Source: Octopus sinensis (taxonomy: Eukaryota). Taken from it: DNA of 36,308 nucleotides. Where the stretch lies: the NCBI RefSeq assembly GCF_006345805.1, contig NW_021824695.1, positions 1-36,308 of the forward strand. The letters are read 5' to 3'. This document shows positions 20,936 to 33,693 of the stretch, one piece after another. Within the stretch, counting starts at the first letter, position 1, and the number at the start of each line of letters is the position of its first letter. The notes beneath the pieces are model-generated. The model worked only from the letters and a program-made list of their open reading frames with translations, did no database searches and was not told where the DNA came from. The translations under genes were made by a program, and so were the position numbers.

Positions 20936-22103
20936 TTACCATTCTATCTGTAAAACCTCGCGGATTTACAGATAAATGAATTAATTACTATTTTACAGAA
21001 TAAAATTAAATAATTCTTGAAAATTAATTAATATTAATATTTTTTGAACAAAGTAAATAATTTTTAAAACTTAAATAATAATTTTTTTACACAAACGCGA
21101 ACGCGGAAAAGGGGGTGGCGAATTCGATTTACATACCTAATTTTTTTCTTTTTCATGACATTGTAGCAAAATAGTAGTGAATTATATAAATACCAGCAGT
21201 ACATTTTTTTTTCTGGGGTATTTTTTTTCAACCTCGTCACATATTTGCCCCTTTCAATTTAAACAAAGTCTTAATTAAGCAATTACGGCAGCTTAGCAAT
21301 GGTTTCAATACAGGCGTGACATGTGTATCTCAATTGTTCAAAACCCTTCGAATTTTTTCGCACGTGATGATATCATAGTGAAAACTTTCAATTATGCGCG
21401 CTTATTTCTGTCTTTCACTCTGTCTGTCTCTTTACACACACTAACAAAAGCACTTCACTTACACACCACACTTTCTGTGTCGCACAACCCATCAAACACA
21501 CACACACACACACACACTCACGCACGCACACATGTACATCAATGCTTTCGGAGTGAAATGTTAAAATATTGAGTTTTCTCGAATTTTGTCTTAATTGGTG
21601 GTAAAATTGAAAGAAATTTTTTATGGCATCACCCACTGAAGTACTCTGAAAAATCACGCGGAGGCGTACACATATACATATGTGTACACACACACGTATG
21701 CACACATATAGACATGTATATAAAAATGCATATCTTACATACAATAAAAGCCCATCACACTCGGAGGGAAATAAGTGTAAAAAAAAACAAAAGGTGTGGG
21801 AGTGAGTGACAGTCAGGCAAACAGGCTTCAAAGATTTTGCTTTGAAAGACGCTGGCGTTTTACTCAAAATAAAACTAAGTATTTTTATTGTAAATTGTAT
21901 TTACTCAAATTACACACAGACACACACGCACACACAATTTTATATAGTCGTTTTAGTCCATTTTCCCATGCTTGCTCTTTCCAAATCTAGTTTAACATCG
22001 ATCTAAAAAATGTAAGCAAACATACGCGCGTGCACACATTCACACACGCATATACACATATCCAGGGGTATATATAAATATGTAACGGTGATGTATGAGT
22101 ATA

Positions 22104-22113
22104 CATACATACA

Positions 22114-22143
<30 letters not shown>
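22104..22143. repeat. (CATA)n microsatellite
   Basis: Read directly from the sequence. Confidence 0.95.
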
Positions 22144-22146
<3 letters not shown>

Positions 22147-22552
22147 GAGATGAGAGAGACGGAAGATGGAAGATACGAGAATGTCTATTGATCACTACAA
22201 TTGTTTCAACTCATCTAGTATCGATCTCTCACAGGTGTAATACTTAACCACTAGCCTAGGAGTATCCATCCGTATAGATGTGATTACAGGATATATTTCG
22301 TTAAAACAAACGTCTGTTCCGCAAGTTCTTTAATACTTTTTTCGCTGTATTGTGTATTTGTTTCTTTTTGCATTTGATTTTTATTCATCCTCTATAATAG
22401 AGAAGCAGTATTACTGCTTTTCTATTCACATACTGAAAAGTAAACTTGCGAAACGGACGTTATTTTAAAGAGATACATCTAGTAATCACCTGAAGAGATA
22501 CGGATCTTTTCGGTTTGAACGGCAGTTTTTAACATAATTTTTAGGTAACTAA

Positions 22553-22618
22553 AAAATTTCGTCTACTGGTAGAATGTGTTTATAAAATTTCGTCTACTGG
22601 TAGAATGTGTTTATAAAA
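22553..22618. repeat. Perfect 31-bp tandem duplication
   Basis: aaaatttcgtctactggtagaatgtgtttat occurs twice. Confidence 0.9.
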
Positions 22619-23185
22619 CATCTTTTTCTCTTGGCTTTATTGAGAAAATTCTATAGTTTGTAAGATATTTGGTCTTTAATTTCTTGCATTTCGGCAATTT
22701 CAACCTATCAATGACCGTCTATTGAGGTGAAAACATTCTGTGCCGTATGAATATGCCCCTCGCACTTACCTTATACTGATTCTTATTGCTTCTCCTCACT
22801 CCCCCCAGTAACTATATCATCCCTTCAGTGTTCTGTTTTGTTATAATCAGAAATGACTGACGAAAGTAGCATTAATTTTTTAGGACGTTCAGTTTTTTCT
22901 CAACCGAACAAAGGACTGATTGAGTAAACTTATCAATAACGAACCTATAATGACTACTGGAAACATCTATAAGTCAAATTTACTATAATAAAGAAAAATA
23001 TGTAACGATTATTATTTATACCCTGCCTTGTATATCAAGCTACGTAAAACTCAGTATAACTGGAACAACCACGGATGTAAAATATAAATTGGTGATGAAC
23101 TATAACCGCGAACCCTGTCACAAGAATACGCGGAGTCTTTTACTAATTTAAACAATATTTTTATCCTGGCTTGATAATGCTTCAC

Positions 23186-23187
<2 letters not shown>

Positions 23188-23247
<60 letters not shown>
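23188..23247. repeat. (TC)n microsatellite
   Basis: Read directly from the sequence. Confidence 0.95.
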
Positions 23248-23248
<1 letters not shown>

Positions 23249-23509
23249 GATAGTTTTAAAAGGAGCTGCTAACAGTTTCATGGTGTAGAGATACAATAAT
23301 TTAGCAGATTTATATAACATGCCATGTGTCTCAAGACAATCTTTCAGGCTTAGTGCATTCTACCGATATACCTCTTGAAAACCAGTACACAAGTCTATGA
23401 GAAAACCTGAGGAAAACGACAAGAGAAACACGACGACGGTTGATACAGATATGAATACAGAAATCCCACCAACCCCATCTAAACCGAATGCAAAGAGTAT
23501 TACTAAAAT

Positions 23510-23663
23510 AAGATTCGCACTTATAGAGGAAGGACTGCAAGTTTTTGCTGATAACAACCCAATCTGGAAAATAACTCAAAAAATTACAAGGCTCAGTTCC
23601 ATTTTTTAGCTGTACAAAAAGATGATGCGACATAGGCATCAAACAATTTTCGATAATTACTTC
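23510..23663 (+). mobile_element. Possible Tigger/pogo transposase C-terminal remnant
   Basis: FALIEEGLQVFADNNP...*LYKK...HQTIFDNYF resembles the F..IEE.L..F...DPN...Y..KK...QT.LD.FF tail of Tigger-type proteins (recall only). Confidence 0.35.
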
Positions 23664-24109
23664 GCTTCTCAAGTATGTTGATGATGATCAACTATAAGAC
23701 AGACGATAGTGTCCCTTATCCTCTTAGTAACTCTCATTCCACCACTATTCCTCGCACAGTTGTCAACATTTTCTGTGGTAAGAACATACTCTATTACGTT
23801 TCTTATTGCTTACCGAACGTGTTTCTCTTTAAATGTTTTCATGTATACATCCTGTGGTGTGTATGTTTTGAATTGTTAGTTTCATAAAATTGGTTGTATT
23901 ACCATCTCTCTCTCTCTCTCTCTCAAATCAATTGGAACGCATTACCACTTTCTAACATGAAAAACCAATAGAAAAAAATATTCTGTGTTACGGGACTTTG
24001 CGTTGCGACAAGTTTTCCAGAACTTGAGACTCCCGTAATGCGGTTGATTCCTCTATATATACAAATATACATAAATACAATATATATACACGATATATGT
24101 ATATGAAAA

Positions 24110-24346
24110 ATGTATCAAAGGTCCTTCCCTCGTCATAGACTCACAAAGCTGATTTCTTGGTTTCTGTGACGTATATATTTTTTCTCAACAGGGCGAGACA
24201 CCGGTCCGTTGCAGGATTACTCATTTTGTCAGTTGAGTATACTGGAGCAATGTGAATGAAGTGGTTTACTCAATGCGTCGCTCGTCCATGAATTGAAAAC
24301 ACAATCTTGCAAATTATGAGTGCAACACCACAACTAACCACTAAGC
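24110..24346 (-). mobile_element. tRNA-head SINE, minus strand
   Basis: ttactcattttgtcagttgagtatactggagcaatgtgaatgaagt central domain, followed by a degenerate reversed tRNA-like head ending aaccactaagc. Confidence 0.55.
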
Positions 24347-24607
24347 ACCCCCCCCCCCGCAATATATGCTTATGCTATATAACATGCCGTGTGTCTCAAG
24401 ACAATCTTTCAAGCCTAGTGCATTCTACCGATATACCTATTTGAAAACCAGTACACAAGTCTATGAGAAAACCCAAGAAAAACGATAAGAGAAACGAGAC
24501 GACGATTGAAACAGATATGAGTACAGAAATTCCACCAACCCCAATTAAACTAAATGCAAAGAGTATGTACACACACGCGCGCGCTATATGCTCAATATGG
24601 GTATTTT

Positions 24608-25883
24608 TCAGATCATCCCATAAGTTCTGTCCGAATTTTGAATAAAGAAAACAAGTGGTCAAATGTTATATTTAATTGAAATTTAATCATCAATGTACTT
24701 TCCCTGATTATCTATGACTTCCTTCCATCTATTTACAAGCTTTTTAATCTCAGCAATGTAAAATTCTTTTGGTTTCAAAGCGAAGAACTCTGAAATGTCA
24801 GTTTCAACCTCCTCCTATCTCTCGAAAGTTATGCCCCACAAATGATTCTGCAAACTACGAAACAAATGGTAGTCTGAGGGGGCAAGGTCAGGAGAATAAG
24901 TTGGATGAGGAATTTTTTCCCAACCAAGTTCTTCCATCTTCTGTGATGTTATCTTTGCAGTGTGGGGTCGTGCATTGTCTTGATAAACCATCACTCGTTT
25001 TCAATTCACTAAAGGGGGTCTCTTTTTCTTCAAATCTTGATTCAAACGCTCTAATTGCTGACAGTAGACTTGAGCATTGATTGTTGCATTACGTGGTAAC
25101 AATTCAAAGTGAATTACTCCTTTGCAATCCCACCAGACAGAGAGAAGAACCTTTTTACCATGAAGTTCCCTTCTCGGTTGTGGTTGAGCCTTTTCCCTTT
25201 TACCAAGCCACTGTTTACGACGTTTAACATTTCGATAGAAGATCCATTTTTCGTCACCAGTCACAAGTCTATCCAAAAAGGGTGAAATGAGTTCGCGAGA
25301 TTGGAGAGAAGAGCAGATGTCAACTCGGGATTTGTGGTTGCTTTCAGACAATTCATGAGGCACCCATTTTCCAAGTTTAGGAACCTTTCCAAGTTGTTGA
25401 AGATGACGATGAACAGTTGTATGGTTTGAACTAAGCTTTATTGCCAATTCTTCAACTGATAATGCAGGATTTTCTTCAAGGAGCTTATCATCAAACTCAA
25501 CTGGACGTCCTGTTCGATCTTCATCTTCAAGGCTGAAATCTCCACTTCTGAATTTTGCAAACCATCTTCTGCAAGTTCTTTCATTCAAGTATTCTTTCCC
25601 ATAAACTGAGTGTATGTTTCAAGTCGCTTCGGCTGCAGGGTTTCTTTTTTTGTACTCATAAAGCATTTTGTGCCTCAAATGCTCTTTCGATACTTCCATG
25701 GTAGAAAGGGTTTTAATCAAAGAAATTTTAATTCTATTATTCTGTAAAATAATATTTCATTAGCTTAAATGTACACAAATGCATAAAAATAATTTTTAAT
25801 TCCATTAGACATTCTAAAATACTTTTAAATTTCATTCAATTTAAAAAAAGGTAAAATCGGACAGAACTTATGGGATGACTTGA
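24608..25883 (-). mobile_element. Full-length mariner (DD34D) transposon, 1276 bp
   Basis: ~31-bp TIRs: tcagatcatcccataagttctgtccgaatttt (24608-24639) and aaaatcggacagaacttatgggatgacttga (25853-25883), followed by TA at 25884. The left flank reads TT rather than TA. Confidence 0.93.
24683..25699 (-). pseudogene. Mariner transposase (339 codons) with three in-frame stops
   Basis: Motifs WVPHEL, LVTGDEKW, QDNARPH and YSPDLAPSDY, with 34 residues between D2 and D3. Stops at 25619-21, 25001-03 and 24815-17; no frameshift. Confidence 0.93.
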
Positions 25884-25916
25884 TATATGCTTTGTATATT
25901 TACTATATATTTATCT

Positions 25917-26150
25917 TTTACTCATTTCAGTCTCATTAGACTGTCCATTCTGTGGCAGTGATTTGGAGGGTTTAATCAAATAAATCAACTTCAGTACTTA
26001 TTTTTAGTGTCTGAGACTTTGGAACTTATTTTTATCAATATCTTTTACAGAACCGCTCAATTACAGAGACGTGAACAAACCAACACTATTGACAAGAGTA
26101 GCGGGGGTCAAAACACAAAAAACTAACGCACAAATATGTGTATACATAAA
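25917..26150 (-). mobile_element. 3' part of a SINE of the 32251 family, minus strand
   Basis: Degenerate reverse complement of the 32460-32640 tail (e.g. acagaaccgctcaattacagagacgtgaacaaaccaacac). Confidence 0.55.
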
Positions 26151-26472
26151 CACACACACGTTATATTTAACAAAAATGAGCTAAGAGGAATAACTCAGAC
26201 TGGACAGTGACAAGTATTTGAACATATACAAACAAAGGAATATCAAATACTTTACAATATAAGTACTTGTTAAAATTTCCTCCAACTCTAGGAGATATAA
26301 TTACTAAATGCAATTTATACTCGCTCCAATTGAGAACAGGTGATAATCATGTGTTCCAAGAATTCTCCAGAATTTACATGTTTTTAAGGGAAAGGGCAAT
26401 TGTTCGACCTTATCTCCAAGTAACCAAGGAAAATAGACATACAAAAATGGGTAGAACATGTTTATGGCTTGG

Positions 26473-26556
26473 GAAGGCACTTGCCCAAGTGTCGCGTAGT
26501 GAGTCTGAGCCCAACAACGCGTGGTTGCAAAGCGACTTTCTTAATGCGCACGCATG
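26473..26556 (-). mobile_element. SINE head fragment of the 32251 family
   Basis: gaaggcacttgcccaagtgtcgcgtagtg...gtggttgcaaagcgactttctta is the reverse complement of the head at 32268-32345. Confidence 0.65.
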
Positions 26557-27872
26557 TTTGTGTATTTATAGAGTAGATTAAATAAAATATCGTGAGATGG
26601 AGAAATTACAATAATTTTAGAAAATTAGTGTAATGCAGGTTAGAAATAGAGGAATGAAAAGAGTAGATAATAAAATCACAGTTTACGCATTTATCTCATA
26701 ATAACTGAAAGTTAAAAGTCAAATGAAATTGAGGACTAGTGGTGAGTTTGTAGCTTTTGGAAGAAGCATAAACACTTGCTTTATATTTTTCTCGATTTCT
26801 ATTTATTCCCATCTTGCATTGTAGTACATTTTTAGAAGAATTTTAACATATATGTGTGTGTATGTATCTTTCAGCTTGCCACCTTTTTTCTACTTATCTA
26901 TTTTAACATCCGGTTGTCTACGAGTAAATCTTCTACACAACCCAGCATTTACTTTCTTAGCTTTCCTTTTCTATTCAGCTTTTTAATCTTAGTTTTATGT
27001 CACGCTGACAAAGGTTGCTTTGGCTTGCTGTGGTTTGTTCAATCTGCACTAACCTTCCTGGTTTCAAGTTACACTATCACCAACAACTATCATCGCCGAA
27101 ACCGTTATTCTCTACAACATTTTCGTCATCACTGTTTCGACCAGCAACAACGGAAAGCCAGTTCGCCAGACCAGCACTATTCTCTTTCATTCAGTTTCTT
27201 GCGTAACTGATGACACAATACAGTAATGTCTACAATCTGTGAAATGGTTCGTCAGTAGACTCCCCAATCTTTTTCCGTATATCAACTACCATAAATACAA
27301 TGTATTTACATTTTTAGTTTACCCACAGCAAGATTTTGTAATATTTTTATTTCAGCTCTTCTAATTTACGCTGTGTTCTGCATAAAATACACATTGTGTA
27401 ATTAATGATGACCCGTCAATAGCACAGTATGCAAATTAGACAATCCACTACGATGCTAACTTAATTTATGACTTCTTTATATCCCAATTATGAGATGACA
27501 CCAGTTTGTGTCTTTTCCAAAAAGCGGTCGACTATCCATGAAACAAATATAAGAGGACTCACTCATCTCTATTTTCCTCGCATAGACGGAATGTGCTTAC
27601 ATTCTCAGTTCAACATTAGTGTGACTTTGTAATATTCAAATTATTTAATTTCTGATTTATGCATTCCTGTACCTAAAACAGACACTTTAATGATGTGCTG
27701 TCGAAGCACAAATATGCAAATTGGGCTTTCCTTCACGGTGCTCGTCCTATTTATGACTGCTTTATAGAATAACTTTATCTATAAAAATGTGTGTGTATGT
27801 GTGTGTGTGTGTGTGTAAATAAATATATACATACACACACATATGAAATGGTAGATTCACGTTTCTGTGGGT

Positions 27873-27912
<40 letters not shown>

Positions 27913-28114
27913 GCGCGCTTGTACGTACGTATCTATTGTACATACTAGATATTCAATGTCTACAGACAAGGGTTTTCACAGAAATAATATTAGATTTTAC
28001 ATTATATACAAGTACACTGAATTAAGCTGTTGTATATAAATATATATCATTTTACTACCCGGCCAACTAAGACGGCAGTAAATGCCGTAACATCTTAAGT
28101 TATTTATACGAACA

Positions 28115-28119
28115 GACAG

Positions 28120-28150
<31 letters not shown>

Positions 28151-28188
28151 ATATATATATATATATACATACATATATATATATATAT

Positions 28189-28229
<41 letters not shown>

Positions 28230-28355
28230 TATATATATATATATACACATATATATATATATATATATACACATACATATATATATATATATATATACAC
28301 ATACATATATATATATACATACATACATATATATACATACATACATATATATATA

Positions 28356-28392
<37 letters not shown>

Positions 28393-28395
28393 ATA
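28115..28395. repeat. Compound (CA)/(TA)/(CATA) microsatellite
   Basis: Read directly from the sequence. It explains the spurious Y/I/M/C/V ORFs here. Confidence 0.95.
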
Positions 28396-28596
28396 TACAT
28401 ACATAGATAACGACAGAGGCAATATTATTACCTACACTTAAAGTGGATGTTGTGCTAGAAGATAGAATATTTACCACGAGGGGACTGATATGGAATTATG
28501 ATGCACAAAAATACTGGTGTTTATATCGCTGTTGGGTGAGGACCATCCGCTACGACCGCTGCGACTGCCAGATCACCTGATTTCGGCATTCATATA

Positions 28597-28632
<36 letters not shown>

Positions 28633-29063
28633 AAGAGAGATAATAGAGAAAGAGAGCATAAGAGAAGAGTGTAGGAAGAACCTACCAATTCAGATCCGAC
28701 CCCATTCTCTGTTAAAGCAGGATGTTAATATTTACCTGGCTGATTCTGTCGAAGATATTGCCGTACGAATGACCTTTTATTCTGTGCACATACATCTAAT
28801 GCGATATTACTCACATACATATATAAACGTGCGTGTGTGCCTGTAAACGCACAACATATTTATTTATATCGCAGAAACAGTGAGAGAGAGAGAGAGATAA
28901 TATACACATTTTTTTATTTACGTGCACATACATACGCATAACAAAATACCTGCTGCGTGACTATACGATATCAGTGTGTAAATGTGATTTGTGTGAGACC
29001 GTATGTGAATTTGCACAATCACACACATGGTAAAGTGAAAAGCTGAGTTAGATTAGAAAGGAA

Positions 29064-29165
29064 ATGAGAGAGAGAGAGAAAGATGGAGAGAGAGAGAGAA
29101 AGAGAGAGAGAGAGGGAGAGAGAAAGAGAGAGGGAGAGAGAGAGGAGAGAGAGAGAGAGAGAGAG
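29064..29165. repeat. (GA)n-rich microsatellite
   Basis: Read directly from the sequence. Confidence 0.95.
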
Positions 29166-29351
29166 CAATCCCCAGGGGTCAAAGAAACGCTAAATAGACA
29201 AGAAAGTCATTATCTATGTAAGTGCCACAGCCCACTGTGCCATCCATGTAACAGACGGTTTACATACTTATATATTAATATAGTCTAATATATGTTTAGT
29301 ATATATTTTTTTATCTTTTGGTTTGCTGTTTGTGTTAAAACTTCCGGAATG

Positions 29352-29433
29352 AAGGAGTATGACATCCGAGCGCCTACATAAGATGGATTCAAAAGAATCC
29401 ATCTTATGTAGGCGCTCGGATGTCATACTCCTT
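29352..29433. repeat. Perfect inverted repeat: 39-bp arms, AAAA loop
   Basis: aaggagtatgacatccgagcgcctacataagatggattc-aaaa-gaatccatcttatgtaggcgctcggatgtcatactcctt, checked base by base. Confidence 0.97.
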
Positions 29434-29629
29434 TTTTTCTACAGGAAAACAAAATTTACATTTGATCAGTTCTTTTGAAGATTAAAGTAAAGTTCCATTT
29501 CAGAAAATAATACAAATTTTTATATGCCTGAAACATTATCAACAAGGTTGATAGCGTCAAGTTTTAAGTTGCAGAGAGCCTTAATATTTATTTGGAGACA
29601 TTTATCAATATGCTACGCCTTGAAACTGG

Positions 29630-29840
29630 ATTTCACTTATTTCATTTTTGAAATACACATATACATACATTCACATATATACATACTTACAAATATATAC
29701 ACACATATACACATACAAATATATAAACTTATATTCATACAAATATACACACATACATACAAATATACACACACATATATATACGCATATATATATATAT
29801 ATACGCACACATATGCACACATACAATATATACACACATT
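29630..29840. repeat. Degenerate (CATA/TA/CA)-rich low-complexity tract
   Basis: Read directly from the sequence. Confidence 0.85.
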
Positions 29841-30382
29841 TTTGTCTGGGAACGTGCCACTTGAAAAGTATATAATTCGGTAAAATGGTCGAGGGTTGAC
29901 ATAAGAATAACCTCAGTATGCAAAAGAACTGGTTCGACTAGCAATCTCGTTTTGCAGATAAATCTGTTAGACGAAAACTTGAATAAAAATTTCAGTGAAC
30001 TTTTCGTCTACGTGAAAAAAGTTATTTTTGTAAATATTTTTTCCTTTCCAATGAAGGAAATCTGTCCTCCATCTCTTTAGTTCAAACAGAAACATTTCTC
30101 CAACTATATTTCGTTTATTTTCATTTAGCTTATCGCAAAATAGAGCTATATTCACTGGCATATTAGAATCAAACTTCGATAAGCTTAGCGTCAAGATAAC
30201 GCTCAACAACAACAACAACAACAAAGTGCTGCATTGAAAGCAAAAGGAATTTATTCGAGAGAGATTTACATATCTTTCATGCAAAAAAACAACAACATAA
30301 GGCAAAAACGTAAGAAGATACAACAAATGGGCCTTTGAGCAGTTCTTGCATTACTTAGCTACAGTAAACTGGTTGCATCACG

Positions 30383-31492
30383 TTAACCACTTTATTATGG
30401 GCTACCAGTAATACTAGTAGTAGTATAAAACAACGACGGAACTTCAACGCCAGAGGCGGGGAACACCAGAGGCAAACTGCAAAATAGCCAAGAAAAGAAC
30501 AAACAACCGTTTCAAAATATAATGCAAGAGAAATCTCTTCCGCAAAGACGTGTATTTCCTTGAAATACCAGTGAAATTGTTATACCTTACTATATTTATA
30601 GTATTATATCGTTAAATACATATGGGATAAACGAAGTAGTATGTTATGGAGACGTATTCTTCTATGAATGGAACAGAGAACGAAACCTCGGAAGATAGCA
30701 TCGGTGAAAGTGATTTCGAGGAAAAAATATCTCACAATAATTCACATCTCTATTTCCAGTAATTTAGATATTACACTAGGTGAATTTGACTCACAACTCC
30801 ATTCTTCTTTCTTATAATATATTCGTCCCGAGAAGTCTGTATAGTTAAAAAGAAAATGCAAGTTAACGAAGAGTTACGGCTAGGAAAGTAGAAAATATGA
30901 ATTCTGATCCCCAGTTATCAATAGATTAAAGTAAATTCGACGCAGTTCTACATAACAGTTAAATTTCACTCAAAAAGTTTTAGTTCACCTGTGACAATGA
31001 GAAAAACTTTCTCAAGAGAGTGCAGAGGCAGTGAATCCGAAACCAATTAATTGCGAGTCTGATATTTCATAGAGGTGACATTCTGAAGAGAAAGGAAAAT
31101 CAATATACATTTATGGCGCAAGTCATATAGAACAATGGATGTATAATGCAACCAAAATCTGGGATATATCTACGAAAATAAATGTTGGCAAATATATTCT
31201 CAAGTAACTGCATGTTTACATATCGCAAATATAGCTAATAATAGTGCTATGCTATACAATTCCAGCAAGAAATCTAAAGGTGAAACTATCGAAAAAACGG
31301 ATAAATTCTAAAGATGTTTTAATGCATAAAAGTGCAGGCGTGTATAGTTACGAATTTCGCTTCGAAACAACGAGGCATCGGTTCCTGTCCCATTACGTAA
31401 CACCTCGAGTCGAGCTATGCCTTTTGTGTGTGATTGTTATGGGTGCATCTACAATGCTTGTGAGCCTCTATAGATTATGTCCCATAACTTAA
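30383..31492 (+). mobile_element. Possible heavily decayed piggyBac-like remnant
   Basis: An acidic stretch (SEDSIGESDFEE), YNATK followed by a frameshifted SG, IANIANNSAMLY and a Cys-rich end (VCDCYGC...C) appear in piggyBac order. There is a TTAA at both ends, with only partial TIR similarity (ttaaccactttattatggg vs cccataacttaa). Confidence 0.35.
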
Positions 31493-32250
31493 CAGCTGAA
31501 CAAGGCAAGAGCGTTGAAGTATGCTGGATAAATAAAATATTTGGAATGCTCAATGAAGAGTACAGGCTTCGTCTCACACCAACGGCAATGTATGGATTTA
31601 CTGAACTTAGACACTTAACCTTCAAATGTTGAAGTTATAAGTTTGCAAACTGAAAGAGTAGGCAATTGAGGAGACCACTATCTTACAGTGTTGAGTTCGA
31701 AATCTCACATGGGTATAATAGTTTGAAAAGAGATGGGAGTCACCAGTGTCATGTATCTCACATGTACGTGTAAACAAAAAATTCAGTGGTAATCCCAAAA
31801 CCTAACAGAGTTGGGAGAAGGAATAAGATATATAAGGGTTCCAGTCCAAAGCGACTAAAAACCAAATCAAACTTGCAAATAAATGTCAACAGATATTTAG
31901 AGATAAAATGTCACGAAAGGTTTTCTTATAAATGTCACACAAATTTTGTCTGTGAAAATTTCTTTAGACAATAAACGTCGAACTATCAATGCACCTTATA
32001 CCAAAATTATCATGTATTAGAACTAAGCTATTTATAGATTCGTATTTTACATATTTCAATGTACGATTATAAAGTACACTTGCAATAAAGAATATAAATA
32101 CACACCCTGAGACTTAAGATTTTATATGGTTTCTTTTACTTGCCACCAGGGCGATGGATGAGGGTGACAATACAAAGACAGACATAAGGTGTGGGGATTT
32201 ATAAAGAATGGAATGATATAAGAATGTGTAAAAGGTGTGGCTGTGTGAAG

Positions 32251-32640
32251 ACGCAGAAGTGGCTGAGTGGTAAGAAGCTTTCTTCCCAATCATATGGTTC
32301 CAGGTTCAGTCCCTCTGCGTGGCACCTTGGGCAAGTGTCTTCTACTATAGCTTCGGGGCGACCAAAGCATTGAGTGGATCTGGTAGACGGAAACTGAAAG
32401 AAGTCTGTCGTATATGTGTATGTATGTATGTATTTGTGTGTGTGTGTGTTTACCCCCCACTATCGCTTGACAACTGATGTTGGTGTATTTCCGTCCCCGT
32501 AACTTAACGTTTCGGCAAAAGATACCGATATAATAAGTACTAGGCTTACAGAGAATAAGTCCTGGAGTCAATTTCTTTGACTAGAGGCTGCGCTTCAGCA
32601 GGGCCACAGTCAAACTGAAACAAATAAAAGAGTAAAAGAA
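32251..32640 (+). mobile_element. tRNA-derived SINE with internal microsatellite (Octopus-type)
   Basis: A box tggctgagtgg, B box ggttcagtccc, a gcaccttgggcaagtgtcttct core, an internal (TATG)/(TG) tract, and a tail ending aaagagtaaaagaat. Confidence 0.8.
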
Positions 32641-32669
32641 TCAGTAAAATGTGATAGCGATGTGATCAT

Positions 32670-33230
32670 CCTGATACAGGAGAACCTCTAGGGCCAATCG
32701 AGGAAACCCGTTATCCAAGATCTATATGAATACCAAAGGAAAGTACCCTTTCTAATTCTTGTTCTCCAACCCACAAGTGTATGCTTAAAACAGAGTCTCC
32801 CCCAACTTATAGAAGGTTGTGAGCGCTTAATAACACCAGGTGCCAGTCGCCTAGCCTCGGTCTTTCCTTCGCTCAGAACGGCAGCTTCGTCATGGAGACG
32901 AACTGCAGAGAGACTGACTGCTTGATCATCGAAACATATCCTTTCCACAAGAAAATAAATAACTGATGCCCCTACCTGATCAAGCGGTAGCCAGGGCAAG
33001 GCACGACAGTCAGGCGATAAATAATAATGGAGGCGATGTAGGCATTCACCACCTTTGCCCGACCTTCAACGACAGCTTCCTCTCTATCCATTTCTGAGTA
33101 AGAATTGCCATCGCCTCGTCACCGAGAAGTTTAACTGGCCCGTCAGAGCAGCGTCCGACGGCATGAACCTGCTTTTCCATGTGTTCAGCTGGTAGCCTGT
33201 CGACTTGTCGGCAATTACAATGTGATTTAG
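32670..33230 (-). mobile_element. Old, diverged Tx1-clade ORF2 remnant (post-RT region)
   Basis: DKSTGYQLNTWK, GPVKLLG, LSLK-RAKVVNAYIASIIIYRLTVVPCP, QLFIFLWKG and RPRLGDW align in order with unit A (EKSVGLQLGTWR, GPIKLLG, LSLKGRAEVANVFIASVITYRLSVVPCP, QLFYFLWKG, RSKLGTW). Confidence 0.8.
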
Positions 33231-33660
33231 GTGTACTTTCTCAGAACAATGGCCACAATATTCTATAAGAGGGTACAAAAATTGGGTTTACCATCACGAT
33301 CCATTTTTTTACTATGGAGTGAGTTTACTGCATATGAATTAACCACCATTGTACACCCAGAATACACACTCCTTCAGCACTGATATTCAAAGATGGTGTT
33401 AGAAAATCAACAATGACAATTAATCACTTAAATAAGACTTCAACTAGTCTGTCCGATATGCGGTTCAACAGAATCCAGTTTAATAGGAATTTAATGTACA
33501 TGTGTATGATTGTGAGAAAGAGAGTAAGAGTGTAATCCATTAATAATATTCTGAAAGTTCGACCGACTTTACATATATATCCGAATTTCATAAACCCACC
33601 TGGATTAAGAACAACGGTTACATTCCGAGATCATAAAGTCAATTTGGAACGAAACTATCT

Positions 33661-33693
<33 letters not shown>

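Larger units (their letters stand above)
23311..24566. repeat. ~190-bp imperfect direct repeat pair (23311-23500 and 24376-24566)
   Basis: Both copies run tatataacatgcc.tgtgtctcaagacaatctttca...aatgcaaagagtat. Confidence 0.85.

Noticed and set aside
20945-20974. 10-bp inverted repeat tatctgtaaa/tttacagata
   Set aside because: Short and AT-rich, so expected by chance or as part of the adjacent repeat.
26854-27210. 118-aa/63-aa plus-strand ORFs preceded by a pyrimidine-rich AG, a possible host exon
   Set aside because: No recognisable domain, no convincing donor, and no partner exons.
27775-28477. ORFs rich in Y/I/M/C/V/H/T (also 29524-29944 and 29064-29288)
   Set aside because: These are translations of dinucleotide and tetranucleotide microsatellites.
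205-33230. Uni-strand piRNA cluster suggested by minus-strand bias of the LINEs and the mariner
   Set aside because: SINEs and other transposon remnants occur on both strands, and the bias is mostly one array. It cannot be assessed without small-RNA data.
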